From positions 186,001-250,000 of the forward strand of contig JAANOX010000149.1 in the NCBI GenBank assembly GCA_020184695.1: DNA of 64,000 nt. The letters run 5' to 3'. This stretch comes from Histomonas meleagridis 2922-C6/04-290x. Lineage: Eukaryota; Protista; Parabasalia. Below the pieces are notes generated by a model. It was not told the DNA's origin and searched no databases. It saw only the letters and a program-made list of their open reading frames with translations. Positions 1-11,036 of the stretch are shown one piece after another; position 1 is the first letter of the stretch, and each line of letters starts with the position of its first letter. The position numbers and the translations under genes are program-made.

Positions 1-322
1 CACCTTAGATAAATTTATATTCAATGCTGTTTTTTCAATCTTATGATCAGAATGCTCAAATTGGTTACTTTGACTTTATCATTTTGAAATTTTTATCGAA
101 AATGATTTCTTGCTAAAATCATGAACTACATGTTATATCAAGTTATAGATGAAATTTATCATTTGTTAGTAATATAGGGGTTAAATCAAGTTAAATGTTA
201 ATAAAGCTTAACATCAAGTTTCAAATAAATTTATCATGATTTAATCACATATTTATTTTTTAATATATATTCAATCTTTTTATTCATAATGTTTTGCTTT
301 ATAACGATAGCTTATTGACATA

Positions 323-1378
323 TTAAATCTTTCTATTGTCCAGCAGTGAAAGTAGGTAACCGACCAAACCATTTGGAATTGATGTGCCGATAGCTTCGAA
401 CGAAGTTCTCAATTCATCAAATTCGACTTTTTGATGTTCGAGGCAAATATTTCCAACGTTTAACTTTTCATAGATTTCACGTACCTTATCTATTTTCTCC
501 TTTTCATTATGACCTATACTCGAGCGAAGTGTTTCACGCTGTTCTTCATTAGCAAGTTCCATTGCTTTTGCAAGTAACCAAGTACATTTTCCATCTTGAA
601 TATCAGTCCCAACTTTTCCAAGTTTGGAATAATCACCATAGAGATCGAGATAATCATCTTGGCATTGGAAAAGGCACCCTGCCTTTATGAGAAGCTTTTT
701 GAGCTGATCTGAATTCCATACATCTTTTGGAATCTTCTCTGAAAGACATAACCCAGAAACAAATGGCTGCCATATGGTATAGTATGATGTTTTGTTGGTG
801 ACAGTGAGAAGCCAATTATCGAGTGTAGGTTCTTTTGCCTTGTTATCAATAAATTGTCCAATCGAAGTTAATATTGTGGTTTCATGAAGAAGTGATTTGA
901 TAGAACGAATTGTATCTGGCTTAAAACCAGTAAGGTAATGTTCAATAATTACATAAATAACATTTTCAAGAAAATATGAATCTGAAACAGCAGTATACCC
1001 ATTGTTGTCTTTTGTATACCAGCTGGGCTTGCCACGTCTGAGAGGTGATTGATCCATCAAATCGTCAGCAACAAGGAAAGATGCTTGAAGAATTTCTTGT
1101 ACCCATCCAAGTGCATAAGCTGGCTTTGCTTCTTCTGAATTTGGATCGATTCCTGTTGCTTCTAAGAAACCATAAACGCTTAAAAGCCCTCTAATACATT
1201 TACCTCCATCTGTTGTATAGTTAACAAGTTCATGAAAATGATTAGAAAGCGGAAGGGTTGGCCACTTAACAACAATTGTGTCTATGTAATTAAGTAATTC
1301 TTCTTTAAAAGCAAAAAACTGTTCTTTTCCTTTCATTATTTCTGACTTTTTTTTTTCTGAACTTTTACAAAATGTCAT
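323..1378 (-). CDS. FPPS: Farnesyl diphosphate synthase (trans-prenyltransferase, possibly FPP/GGPP bifunctional)
   Basis: GGKCIRG, FARM QASFLVADDLMDQSPLRRGKP, GQ motif, KT motif (NKTSYY) and SARM FQCQDDYLD..GKVGTDIQDGKCTW. Start may be the second Met (1336). Confidence 0.93.
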   Translation of the reverse strand: MTFCKSSEKKKSEIMKGKEQFFAFKEELLNYIDTIVVKWPTLPLSNHFHELVNYTTDGGKCIRGLLSVYGFLEATGIDPNSEEAKPAYALGWVQEILQASFLVADDLMDQSPLRRGKPSWYTKDNNGYTAVSDSYFLENVIYVIIEHYLTGFKPDTIRSIKSLLHETTILTSIGQFIDNKAKEPTLDNWLLTVTNKTSYYTIWQPFVSGLCLSEKIPKDVWNSDQLKKLLIKAGCLFQCQDDYLDLYGDYSKLGKVGTDIQDGKCTWLLAKAMELANEEQRETLRSSIGHNEKEKIDKVREIYEKLNVGNICLEHQKVEFDELRTSFEAIGTSIPNGLVGYLLSLLDNRKI

Positions 1379-1444
1379 TTTGTTTTGAGACCGTTAATTT
1401 GATGATCAAATTTCTCAGACTTTGTTCGAATACACATTTTACAA
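1379..1444. promoter_or_regulatory. 66-bp bidirectional promoter (FPPS / V-ATPase F) with M3-like motif
   Basis: Head-to-head ATGs 66 bp apart. GACCGTTA at 1389-1396 resembles the trichomonad M3 core promoter element. Confidence 0.5.
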
Positions 1445-1816
1445 ATGAGTTTCAGACATATTCACCCAAATGAAACAGGCTATTATATTGCCATTATTGG
1501 TGATGAAGATACAGTAACAGGATTCCTTCTTACAGGCATTGGTCAAATGGAACAAGATGGAACATCAAATTTCTTAGTCGTTCGTCCGAAAACACAACTT
1601 GAAGAAATAGAAAAGGCTTTCAATACTTTCACTGAGCGTGATGATGTTGCTATTCTTCTTATTAATCAACACATTGCAAATGATATTCGTCCATTAATCG
1701 AAAGATATGACAAACCACTCCCATCAATTTTAGAAATCCCAAGTAAGGATCACCCATACAAGCCCGAAGATGACACAGTATTTAAGCGTGTTTCAGCTTT
1801 GCTCGGGTTGGCATAA
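1445..1816 (+). CDS. VMA7: V-type H+-ATPase subunit F
   Basis: IAIIGDEDTVTGFLLTGIG, DDVAILLINQHIANDIR and EIPSKDHPY are signature segments; 123 aa. Confidence 0.95.
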   Translation: MSFRHIHPNETGYYIAIIGDEDTVTGFLLTGIGQMEQDGTSNFLVVRPKTQLEEIEKAFNTFTERDDVAILLINQHIANDIRPLIERYDKPLPSILEIPSKDHPYKPEDDTVFKRVSALLGLA

Positions 1817-2111
1817 AAGTTGATTTCAATAAATTTTCACTTTATCGAATTTCTTTTTAAAGTTGTCTAACATCCTTTCCATTCTGAAAATTAAAAATTT
1901 GATCAAAAAAATTTATTCTTTATTTAAAATTAAATATTAATCTGATTTAATTTTTATAAGAAGAAGCTTCCTTAAAAGGTGATCACTCTATATGGAGGAT
2001 ATTATTTTATATTATTTATATTAATGCATTTATTAAATGAGTTTGGTTTCACACAAGAAAATAAAAACAAAAAATGTTGGGGTGCCCTAATTCGAGAATT
2101 AATCATTTTTA

Positions 2112-3110
2112 ATGGCTGAAGAACTGGAAAATGGGGAATTTATTATTCTTAAGGACGATTCAGTACATGCAGTACAACAGCAAGGGCCTTTAATTAAGTT
2201 TGAGCCAGGAATTCTTTATCTTACTAATTTTCGTATTTTATTTGATTTACCTGCTCAAGAAAATGGCCTCAAATCTATCAAACTTTCACAAATCATCAGA
2301 TTTTCCCAAAGCATATGCAATGATTCACCCGTATTAGATTTACTATGTGAAGAAGAAGGGCAATCTTTACATCTTTATTTAATAGAAGAAAGTCATCGTG
2401 CCACGTTAGTTTCATTACTTTCACAAATATGTGCTGCTAGTGAACTTGGTCAAGAGAAATGTGATGCTTTTTCACTTGTTCTTCGCCAACAAATTTTATC
2501 GTTTGATTCATTATCAGAATTTTATGAAGCTTTTCCAAACCTTCCGCCCATTGACATTCAAAATCTCCAAGTGTCCACACGTCGTACGAAAGAACTTCAA
2601 ATGCGCATAATGCGTGAAACTGTTCAAGAGTCATTGAATCCATTTAACTTTTTTTCAGATTTTGTTGAGACGTCTCCCACTTTATTTTTTGTGTTTTTTG
2701 CTCTTTTTGTTGGCATTGTCTCCATTGTATTCCAATTTATTTCGTTTGGAACATTAGTTTGTGTGATAATTATTGCAATGATATTCCAATACGGGCTTCA
2801 AATTATTGTCGGGAAGTTGCCAAAACCTTCCGAAAGGATCATAGACAATAATGCGACTTCGCCTGTTAAGAAATTCGTTGCAGCAAGTAATATGTTTCAT
2901 GCAGTTTTGGATAGAAGACTGTTTTGGGGTAACTCGCATGAGACATTGGAAATTGTGTTCTTCTTGTTCGTTGTGCTGTTCTTGTTCTTGATATTTAGTC
3001 CAGCTTTCCTTCTGTGCGTATCCATTGTGAGTTTGGCTTTCTTCGAAAGATGGGATATTTTCAAGTTGGGACCCCTTTCTTCATTACTGGCAAAACTCAT
3101 TCAATGGTAA
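2112..3110 (+). CDS. PH/GRAM-like domain membrane protein
   Basis: N-terminal GILYLTNFRILF (GRAM/PH-like) and two hydrophobic hairpins in the C-terminal half; TCATTT initiator just upstream of the ATG. Confidence 0.65.
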   Translation: MAEELENGEFIILKDDSVHAVQQQGPLIKFEPGILYLTNFRILFDLPAQENGLKSIKLSQIIRFSQSICNDSPVLDLLCEEEGQSLHLYLIEESHRATLVSLLSQICAASELGQEKCDAFSLVLRQQILSFDSLSEFYEAFPNLPPIDIQNLQVSTRRTKELQMRIMRETVQESLNPFNFFSDFVETSPTLFFVFFALFVGIVSIVFQFISFGTLVCVIIIAMIFQYGLQIIVGKLPKPSERIIDNNATSPVKKFVAASNMFHAVLDRRLFWGNSHETLEIVFFLFVVLFLFLIFSPAFLLCVSIVSLAFFERWDIFKLGPLSSLLAKLIQW

Positions 3111-3473
3111 TATTGTAACTTGTTTTAGAAATAAATTTTTTATGTTTTTGATTATTTTAAATTATTTAAATTCTTTTTGAAAAAATAAGATATTATTGAT
3201 CTTTGTTTTATTAGAAAATTCTCGAGACATTAAGGCTATTATGACCTTTTTGAGGTCGTGATTTAAAAAATATATCTGATAAGATTAGTAATAAAATAAA
3301 TTTACTTTTTGATTTTTTAAAGAATTCATTGAAGTGATTTCCCTGTGTTGTTTTTACTTGAAAAGCTTTTAAATAGGTCTCAAATTAATTTGTATCCAAA
3401 GGCTTTTGTTCCTCATCTTATTTTGGGGCGCCCTGGTAACTGTTAGTAAAGCTCAGAACAAAAAAAAAGAAAA

Positions 3474-4265
3474 ATGGAACCTCTTCTAAACAGAAAGAGT
3501 ACTCATTGTTTTGTGAATAGGGAAATGTTAGAGAATGAATGGAATAAAATCCAAAACATAATTAAATATTGGGATGCACAACCAGGTCCATTTGGAAATA
3601 CTCCAAGATTAAATTTCCATGAAAAAGGAATAGGAAACTTTCTATTCACCAATGAAAAAGGATGGGTAATTGGATCACATTTTGTTTCAAACGATAAAGA
3701 AAAACTCAATCATACCATAATTGATCTTGGATATAAAATGTATTGTCTATCAATTGATTTATCCAAAAAAAATATTTCCACATGCTTTTGTTCCAATCTT
3801 GACCAAGAAAAATTAATGAAATTTGGAAAAGAAATACATACCATGGAATTTCAAGTTCCACTTGCACTAGCTTTTGGTGTTGAAAATAAGGATCCAAACA
3901 TATTACGAAAGTTTTTATCATGGTTTAATTCGGATAGCTATAGAATTCCGATCTCCAAATTTGTTGAAGATCCAAACAAAACTCAAGAATTCATTCCATT
4001 ATTTGAAGCTGTTAGACGCTCTCCTTCATATGGGAATGCCCAAAACTGGAGAATATTAGTTGACAAATCAAAGATACATTTTTATTGCACAAGCGAATAC
4101 GATGAAAGATACTTAAATATTGGCTGCGCTTTGGGCGCGTTTGAGATGGCCGCGAAAGTTAATGGTATTACGGGAGAATGGAACATTTGTGAGGAACCGC
4201 CAAAACACGAAGGGGAATATATCATTTCATTTACTGTCGAACAGCAAAAAAATAAAAAGAAATAA
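3474..4265 (+). CDS. Nitroreductase-like protein (tandem-domain type)
   Basis: N-terminal LNRKSTHCF (cf. RRSxRxF), EAVRRSPSYGNAQNWRI (cf. APSxxNxQPW) and LNIGCALGAFEMAA...GEW. Confidence 0.7.
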   Translation: MEPLLNRKSTHCFVNREMLENEWNKIQNIIKYWDAQPGPFGNTPRLNFHEKGIGNFLFTNEKGWVIGSHFVSNDKEKLNHTIIDLGYKMYCLSIDLSKKNISTCFCSNLDQEKLMKFGKEIHTMEFQVPLALAFGVENKDPNILRKFLSWFNSDSYRIPISKFVEDPNKTQEFIPLFEAVRRSPSYGNAQNWRILVDKSKIHFYCTSEYDERYLNIGCALGAFEMAAKVNGITGEWNICEEPPKHEGEYIISFTVEQQKNKKK

Positions 4266-5386
4266 TTAAAAGAAAAATTTCATTGGAAAATATTTTTTTG
4301 TTTTTGTATTTACTTTGGTTGTGTGTTAAATGAAATTAAAAATGTGATATAATTCGGAGAAAGTTGAGTAAAAATATATAAATCTCATTAATGATTGTAA
4401 ATGAGTATATCATTTATTGGGATATTTGGGGGGATGAAGATCGATTTTTAAAGAAAGATGCACTAGGTCGGTGTGATAATGATTATGATCAAATTCATAT
4501 ATATAAAATAAAATTATATTATCTCGAATTACATTAGGAAAGATTTAAAAAAAATTTAAGTATTTGATCATGTGAACCTGAGCTTGGAACTAGAGTACTC
4601 ATATTGAATTAGAAAAAATCGACTTTGTTAATACGACTATTATAATTATAAATAAATTTCTTGGAAAATGTTGAATGGGAACCACTCATGATTCATTCAT
4701 TCTAGATTTTTAAACACAAATCACAATTATTCTTATTAATGATCCCTGACATAAAATTAAAATATATTATAATAAAGAAACTCATATCTTTTCTTGTAAT
4801 ATAAAATTCATATTATGAATTAAAAAAGATTGAATGGAACATATATATTTTATATGATAAAAAAATGTTTGGCCTAAATATAAATACAAACATATAAAAT
4901 TCACTGGATTAAACCACTAGTTTAACATTAAATTATCAATTTTTTTTTTCATTTGCATACATTTTATGTGTTGAATTAAAGCATTCTTCAGTATATTAAT
5001 TTATTAAAATGTCTCATAAAAACATGAACTAAATCAATTTTCTTCATTTGTATTCAAAGTAATTAAGTATTCAAAGATAGAAATTTATATGAGAAACATA
5101 GAATGAATACAAAAACTTATACATAAAAAGGTTAAATGTAAATTGTAAGCGATCTATAAATCAATTAATTGTTGCTTGAACTGATGATTCAACATTTTTT
5201 TCTTTGAGATTGAATATAAGAGTTTCCAATGAATTCAAGAGTTCTATAGATCTTTTTGATATTACTTTTTTGGAAGATATATATTTAATTGAGTATTTTT
5301 ATTTGATTATTTATTTGCAGAATTTTTTTGTAATGTAAAAATATCACATTTACATATTAGTGAAAATGTTGGTAAGATTTGTTTAC

Positions 5387-5716
5387 TTAAACCTTACGTA
5401 TTAAAATGTTTCCGTTTGAGTCATTGCCACCATCACTTCTTACTTTAGCTTTTAACATGACCGGTGCTTTGTATTTATCAACAGTAATCCTGTAAACGTT
5501 GTTAGTGTGATGTGCACCAGTTGTTCCTTCATGTTTATCCTTTCCTTGACTCTTACCATCGCATGTAACTTTTACATCCTTCATATCGAGTCTATGCTTT
5601 CCATGTGTATATCTGAAAGTGATTTCATATGTACCATTAGACTTAACAGCACTAGAGATATCCCACTTCTTCTTTGCCCATTCTGGTGTTGTTTCACCTG
5701 ATTTCCAACCTAACAT
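5387..5716 (-). CDS. Stand-alone 109-aa beta-sandwich module resembling the C-terminal domain of GH20 hexosaminidases
   Basis: Clean ORF with elevated GC and an Inr upstream. Motifs WDIS..GTYEITFRYTHGKHRL, KHEGTTG..NNVY and VRSDGGNDSNGNI were recalled from accessory domains of bacterial/trichomonad beta-hexosaminidases (not searched). Confidence 0.62.
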   Translation of the reverse strand: MLGWKSGETTPEWAKKKWDISSAVKSNGTYEITFRYTHGKHRLDMKDVKVTCDGKSQGKDKHEGTTGAHHTNNVYRITVDKYKAPVMLKAKVRSDGGNDSNGNILIRKV

Positions 5717-5721
5717 ATTAG

Positions 5722-5732
5722 AAATGAAGTGA
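5722..5732 (-). promoter_or_regulatory. Initiator (Inr) element
   Basis: TCACTTCATTT ending 5 nt upstream of the ATG matches the trichomonad TCAY-pyrimidine Inr. Similar TCAYT motifs precede the ATGs at 2112, 13255, 20429 and 49448. Confidence 0.55.
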
Positions 5733-6212
5733 CAAAACTTTTATTGGAAAATTGAACAGAAATTATTGATCGTCGATTGAAATATCGCTGTTCCACTTTT
5801 TCACATCACTGATTTAGTCAATTTGCCAGAACCCGTAAAAATTGAACATAAAACCGATCATTTTACCTCACACTTTTTAGTCAGCAAAATTCTCATTCAA
5901 AATTGAATGAATTTCAAAAAAAGTTTGCATTTGGCAAGAATTACATGTGATTCTTCTTAGTATTTTTTTATATCTAAATGAACTTATGCTTGAGTATAAT
6001 ATTATTTTGTGTTTTTCTCGTGATGAATTCATTCTTTAAGAATAATTATTAATTCTAGACAAAACATATATATTTACTTTTGGCTTATTTTCCTCAATAG
6101 AAACCTCTGGAGAACTTGCAAGTTTCAAATGTTGCTTTAAAATGAGTTCATATGATCGAATGCGGTAAAAATTTTTCAGATGGCATGTCATCTATAATAA
6201 AAGTGACAACAT

Positions 6213-6551
6213 ATGTTCTTTGGTCAGAACATCGGCGGAACAATATTTAATTCACAGCAAAGCCCTGTACGTTCACCAGAAAACGAAAAAACACATAGTG
6301 AAGATAAAAGATACGAATCGTTTATACAAAATGCAATGCCACCAATCAAACGGGCTCTTGGAGTCAGCGATGATGAGTGTTTGAAAATCATTGAAGAACT
6401 TTACAAGTCTGTTCCAAGTTGGATGAAAAAGGATTTAACACAAACTCCAAAAGAAGATGAACCACCTTTTTATCCTGATGCACTCCTAGACCCAGATGAA
6501 ATTCAACAAATGGATCCAATTCTTCTCTCTATGTTTTTCTCAAATCAATAA
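6213..6551 (+). CDS. Hypothetical protein, 112 aa
   Basis: ATG-initiated ORF with coding-like composition and a TAAA stop/polyadenylation-like signal; no family recognised. Confidence 0.6.
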   Translation: MFFGQNIGGTIFNSQQSPVRSPENEKTHSEDKRYESFIQNAMPPIKRALGVSDDECLKIIEELYKSVPSWMKKDLTQTPKEDEPPFYPDALLDPDEIQQMDPILLSMFFSNQ

Positions 6552-6715
6552 ACTGTTTTTCATTCATCATTTTTTTTTTTTTGATTTGTTCTTTTGAAAA
6601 ATTATTTAATTACAGTTCTTGGTGCTATTAATTTAATCATTCCAGCTAACTAGAGCTGTTTTGCCCATTTCATGAAAAAAATGTTTTTCTATTTCGAAAA
6701 ACCGTTAATGTATTT

Positions 6716-8254
6716 ATGAATGAAATAGTTCCATTCGCCCAGCAAAATTGGAACGTTGTATTCAGAGCCGAAGATCAAACCGTAATCCTTTATAACCCAA
6801 GTTTACATAGGGTTAGAGCCTTAGTTCCTCAATATTCAGTTTCAAATTCAAGTTTATGGGCATCATCACATTATTTTGATATTCTTGAAGAAATGTTCCT
6901 TCGGTTAAATGATGCATATTCATCATTAAATGATTTTTTATTAGATGGTTATTTCGATAAATTTTTTCCATTTCGGGAAAAGATTGGAAGTGGCGGATTT
7001 AGCTCAGTATATCATGTACGTCATCAACTTGCAGGAATTGTTCTTGCCGATTATGCTGTTAAAGTTGTTCCTTTTGGTGAATTTTCACGTCTTAGAAGAG
7101 CATTATCCGAAGTCAAATTTCTTTCTCGTTTATCTACACCATCTCATCCACTCATACTTTCTTATTATCATTGTTGGGTTGAGAACTGGCAACCTGCCAT
7201 AATTGGTCCCAAAGTTCCATGCTTATTTATTCTTATGGAATATTCTAAAATCGGAAATCTTGAAAGTTATTTACAGAAAACACCTAATCTCCCATACCAT
7301 GCTCGGTGGCAAATATTTCTTAATATTGCACTTGCTTTGCAACATTTGCATCAATTTGGAGTCATTCATCGTGACCTCAAGCTTTCCAATATTCTTGTAT
7401 TCAAAGAAGATGGTAATAATCCATTGCCATATCGCTTTGTTCTTTCAGATTTTGGAACTTCAACAGAAGCATCAAATCAAAACGGTTATCCCTCAGAAAG
7501 AACCGGCGCAACCGGCACGATAGAGACGATGGCTCCTGAACTTCTTGAGCAATCTTCTGATGGACGATATATCCATCATCATTCATTCCAAAGTGACATA
7601 TGGTCACTTGGTGTTATATTTTGTACTTTATTCTATGGTGTTAATCCATTTAAAGAAAGAAATGGTGAACAACTTTTGAGATCTTTTTCATCGATTAATG
7701 ATTTGATTGAGAATTGTAAGATACCTATAAACAAATCACCACATGAGGTTTATGATCTAATGAAACTTATGTTAAGAAAAAATCCTTCGCAAAGGATTTC
7801 GATTAATGAGTTATTGAATAACCAAATTGTGAAAAGTTATATCAAATCTTTAGGCATTGAACATCTTTTATCTTCGGATAAAGCAAGGAATAATGATTTA
7901 AATGATTTAAATCAAAAAACTGTATTTAAAAGATCGATTCCAATAACATTTGATGGGAATAAGAATAAAAATAAGCGAATTTATGCGAAAAATTGGATAA
8001 AAATGATTTTAAGGAATAAATTCCAAATGTTATTGTTGATATCGGCTGCATGTTTCGTGATTAATCCAATGTACATAAGAATGATACATTTTGCGTTTAG
8101 CTTAATTTTAACTATTTCTTCTGCTAAGAATCCATTTGTTATGTTTTTGTTTCCTCTTTATTTTGGAATTATTTATTTGTTGTTCCCAAATAACAGCTTC
8201 TTCCTAGTGGTTCTATCTCTTTTTGTTGCGGTTTTGTTTTGTTTGAATAAATAA
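6716..8254 (+). CDS. IKS1-like Ser/Thr protein kinase with C-terminal membrane segments
   Basis: IGSGGFSSVY, YAVKVVP, HRDLKLSN, DFG and GTIETMAPE. WNVVFR, GYFDKFF and GPKVPCLFILMEY match the IKS family. Three hydrophobic stretches at the C-terminus. Confidence 0.9.
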   Translation: MNEIVPFAQQNWNVVFRAEDQTVILYNPSLHRVRALVPQYSVSNSSLWASSHYFDILEEMFLRLNDAYSSLNDFLLDGYFDKFFPFREKIGSGGFSSVYHVRHQLAGIVLADYAVKVVPFGEFSRLRRALSEVKFLSRLSTPSHPLILSYYHCWVENWQPAIIGPKVPCLFILMEYSKIGNLESYLQKTPNLPYHARWQIFLNIALALQHLHQFGVIHRDLKLSNILVFKEDGNNPLPYRFVLSDFGTSTEASNQNGYPSERTGATGTIETMAPELLEQSSDGRYIHHHSFQSDIWSLGVIFCTLFYGVNPFKERNGEQLLRSFSSINDLIENCKIPINKSPHEVYDLMKLMLRKNPSQRISINELLNNQIVKSYIKSLGIEHLLSSDKARNNDLNDLNQKTVFKRSIPITFDGNKNKNKRIYAKNWIKMILRNKFQMLLLISAACFVINPMYIRMIHFAFSLILTISSAKNPFVMFLFPLYFGIIYLLFPNNSFFLVVLSLFVAVLFCLNK

Positions 8255-8559
8255 ATATTTGTTTTTGTTTGTAAAAAAAGTTTTCGAGAAATTGTTATAA
8301 TTTCATATGAAACCATAACATACGTATGCTAAAAAGAAATTAATTTCTTTTTGTAGATATTCACCTTAAAGATTAATCAAAAAAAACTTCACATTTTACA
8401 ATAAAGTAATGCAAAGACAAGATGATTGAGTTATTTTGGTTCCGACCTATTTAAAATTGTTTACTAAAATTTTAAGTATTGAAAATTCCCCTCGTAAACG
8501 GTAATTCTGATTGCAATCCGTACAGCTCTTTTTGACTATGTCTGTTTGGATGCATATAA

Positions 8560-8946
8560 ATGCTTAGCTCGTTCTTTAGAAGGGCATCAAAAGCTTTCGA
8601 TATTACCGAAGCTGCTGCAAAACAAGTAAAGAATCTTCTTATGGGTGATTTTGAGAACCGTTATCTGAGAATAGGCCTCAAAGAAGGTGGTTGTGCTGGA
8701 TTTCAATATGATTTTGACTTTGAATCAAAGCCAAAAAAAGGTGACCATGTATTCGAAAATCATGGTGCTTCTGTAATCATCAGTGACAAAACACTCTTTT
8801 TCATTCGTGGTGGAGTCCTCGATTTTACATCCAATAAATTCAGTTCAACATTCAAAATAATTCTTCCATCATCAACCGGATTTCATTCATGCAATTGTGG
8901 AAAGTCTGTTGGAACAAGTGATAACAAAGGTGCATGTATACACTAA
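8560..8946 (+). CDS. IscA: Hydrogenosomal A-type Fe-S cluster assembly protein (IscA/HesB family)
   Basis: ITEAAAKQV, LRIGLKEGGCAGFQYDF and CNCGKSV; N-terminal MLSSFFRR presequence. Confidence 0.9.
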   Translation: MLSSFFRRASKAFDITEAAAKQVKNLLMGDFENRYLRIGLKEGGCAGFQYDFDFESKPKKGDHVFENHGASVIISDKTLFFIRGGVLDFTSNKFSSTFKIILPSSTGFHSCNCGKSVGTSDNKGACIH

Positions 8947-9644
8947 ATAATCAAATAATTATACTTTCTTTTTTAAGTTTTTTTTCTGATATAATATTAT
9001 TTCTTTGTTACGGAGAGGCTCTTCTAGTTATTTTCCAAAATCATAATTTTGTATTTGATATAATGATCAATCATCTTATTATAAAACAACTATTAATAAT
9101 TTTTTACTTTAAACATATGATTGTAATATTTTCTTGAATATATCTCTTAAAAATTAATCTTTAAATACATTTTCTTTTTTTTAATATAGAAAACTAAGAA
9201 AATAGCACATTACATTTGTAAACCAAATTAGAAGACAGAGAAAAAAAACTAATTTTTAATGAAAAAAGATCAGCCAATTGATGTCCTTTATCATTTTATT
9301 TGTAGAAAAGTTTATCATTTCTACAGTATTTCGAGAACTATAAATACTATTCATGTAAAGACATTCAAATTAAAATATTTTAATAATTTTGCAATAATTC
9401 ATCTTCCAAATATAATAAATAAAATAGAAAAATATGATTTTGGAGGTGTTAAAATTATTCAATCATTATAATTCCAAAATCTGTCTAAAATATAGAAAGT
9501 TTGTATTTAAAGGGTGTTCTTCTTTTAAGCATATATTATCATTCTCATCATAAAGATTATGTTGTTCATATTTATTAAGCATTTCTTAAAAAAGGAATGA
9601 AAATGAAGATAAAAAACAGTTTGGCATTAAATATTATGAATATT

Positions 9645-10387
9645 TCAGTTATAGTGTAGGATATTAAGTAATTTAACAATTTCTGTATAATCTTTTTTGT
9701 TTGCCGAAATAAGTGCATTTCAAAATAATTTAAATATTTTCCAAACATATTTTGAAATCAAAAATAATTATGTTGTATCAATATTATCTCATCTATGTTA
9801 TAGAAGTAATTTAATTATATCAGTGAATGCTAGATAGTGAAGTGCTGTTTTAAATAAAATGAATAAATATTAATACAATTTAAATAAATTCCAAATGTTA
9901 TTTTGAAATCAAAAAATATTTAAAAAAATTTCAAATAAAACAAATTTATGTATGCGTCATTAAAATATCATCTCCTTTTTGTTCCAATTTACAAGTTCAG
10001 TATTTTTTGAATAAAAGGATTCTCATAAAAGATATTTTGGAATTTCACTGTGTTGAGGAATATATTTAATAAGAAAAAGATTTATTTTTTACTGCAATAT
10101 CAAACTAACGATTTTCATACCTTTTTCAATTAAATATGATAAAATTTCATAATTAGAATTCTTAATACATTCCCATTCTAAATAATCAAGATGTTCAATG
10201 TTATTTTCAAAAGGGAATTAAAGATATCATTTCGATAGAATTTAATACCTGCTTCATATGTATTTAAATGATGAATGATTTTGCTCACACACAAATGAAT
10301 GATTTCTTCATTTCCACTTTCAACTGTATATTTATCTGAATTTTCATCATTAGAACCATATGTAAGAAAATATTTTAAACAATTCAT
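9645..10387 (-). pseudogene. Decayed DUF3447-like + ankyrin-repeat gene with AT-rich inter-repeat spacers
   Basis: ESGNEEIIHLC and IKFYRNDIF (DUF3447-like), then ankyrin remnants ending NALISANKKDYTEIVKLLNILHYN*. Spacer remnants (GATTTCAAAATA..TTTGGAAxxTATTTAAATT) are homologous to those at 21 kb and 54 kb. Multiple stops and frameshifts. Confidence 0.65.
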
Positions 10388-11036
10388 TGAACCAAAAAAT
10401 GATGCATTATCATTTAATATTACATTGTTTTTATTAATAAATGAACATCTTTCATAAAGTGATGGTTCAATAATTTTGCGAAAATCAAAATTTGTTTATG
10501 ATTATATTTTTTTGAAGTTATCTATTTCATCATTTCTAATTATTTTTTTAATTTCATTTGGATTAACTCCTTCTTAAATTCATTTTTGAATTTCTTTTTA
10601 GATTTTAATATATTATTAAAATTTTTTTATTCTCACTTACAATGATCAATTAAAATATATTCAATCAATTTTTCAAGAAGATACTGTGATCATTGGTATT
10701 TTAATACATAATAAATTGACATTCCTTATAAAAATATATCGTGTAAAAGTATTCGTATTTTTAACAAACTGTTCTGCAGAGCCAGTTCTTATAAATATAA
10801 GAAAGTTTGAACATTCAAGCTCAAATGACTAAAATTTGCACAACTATTCCCAGAAATTTCTGTTCAAATTCAGCGTACAGTCAAAAAAATTGAATTAAAA
10901 AGCACCACTTTTTCACAACACAACAAAAAAAAATCACCGTAAATGAGTTCAAAAAGTTACATTTAAGCAATTTGAACCAAACCGAAAAAAGAAGGTTGCT
11001 TTCAAATTTGAAGTAAATCCTTCTTCTTGGAACAAC

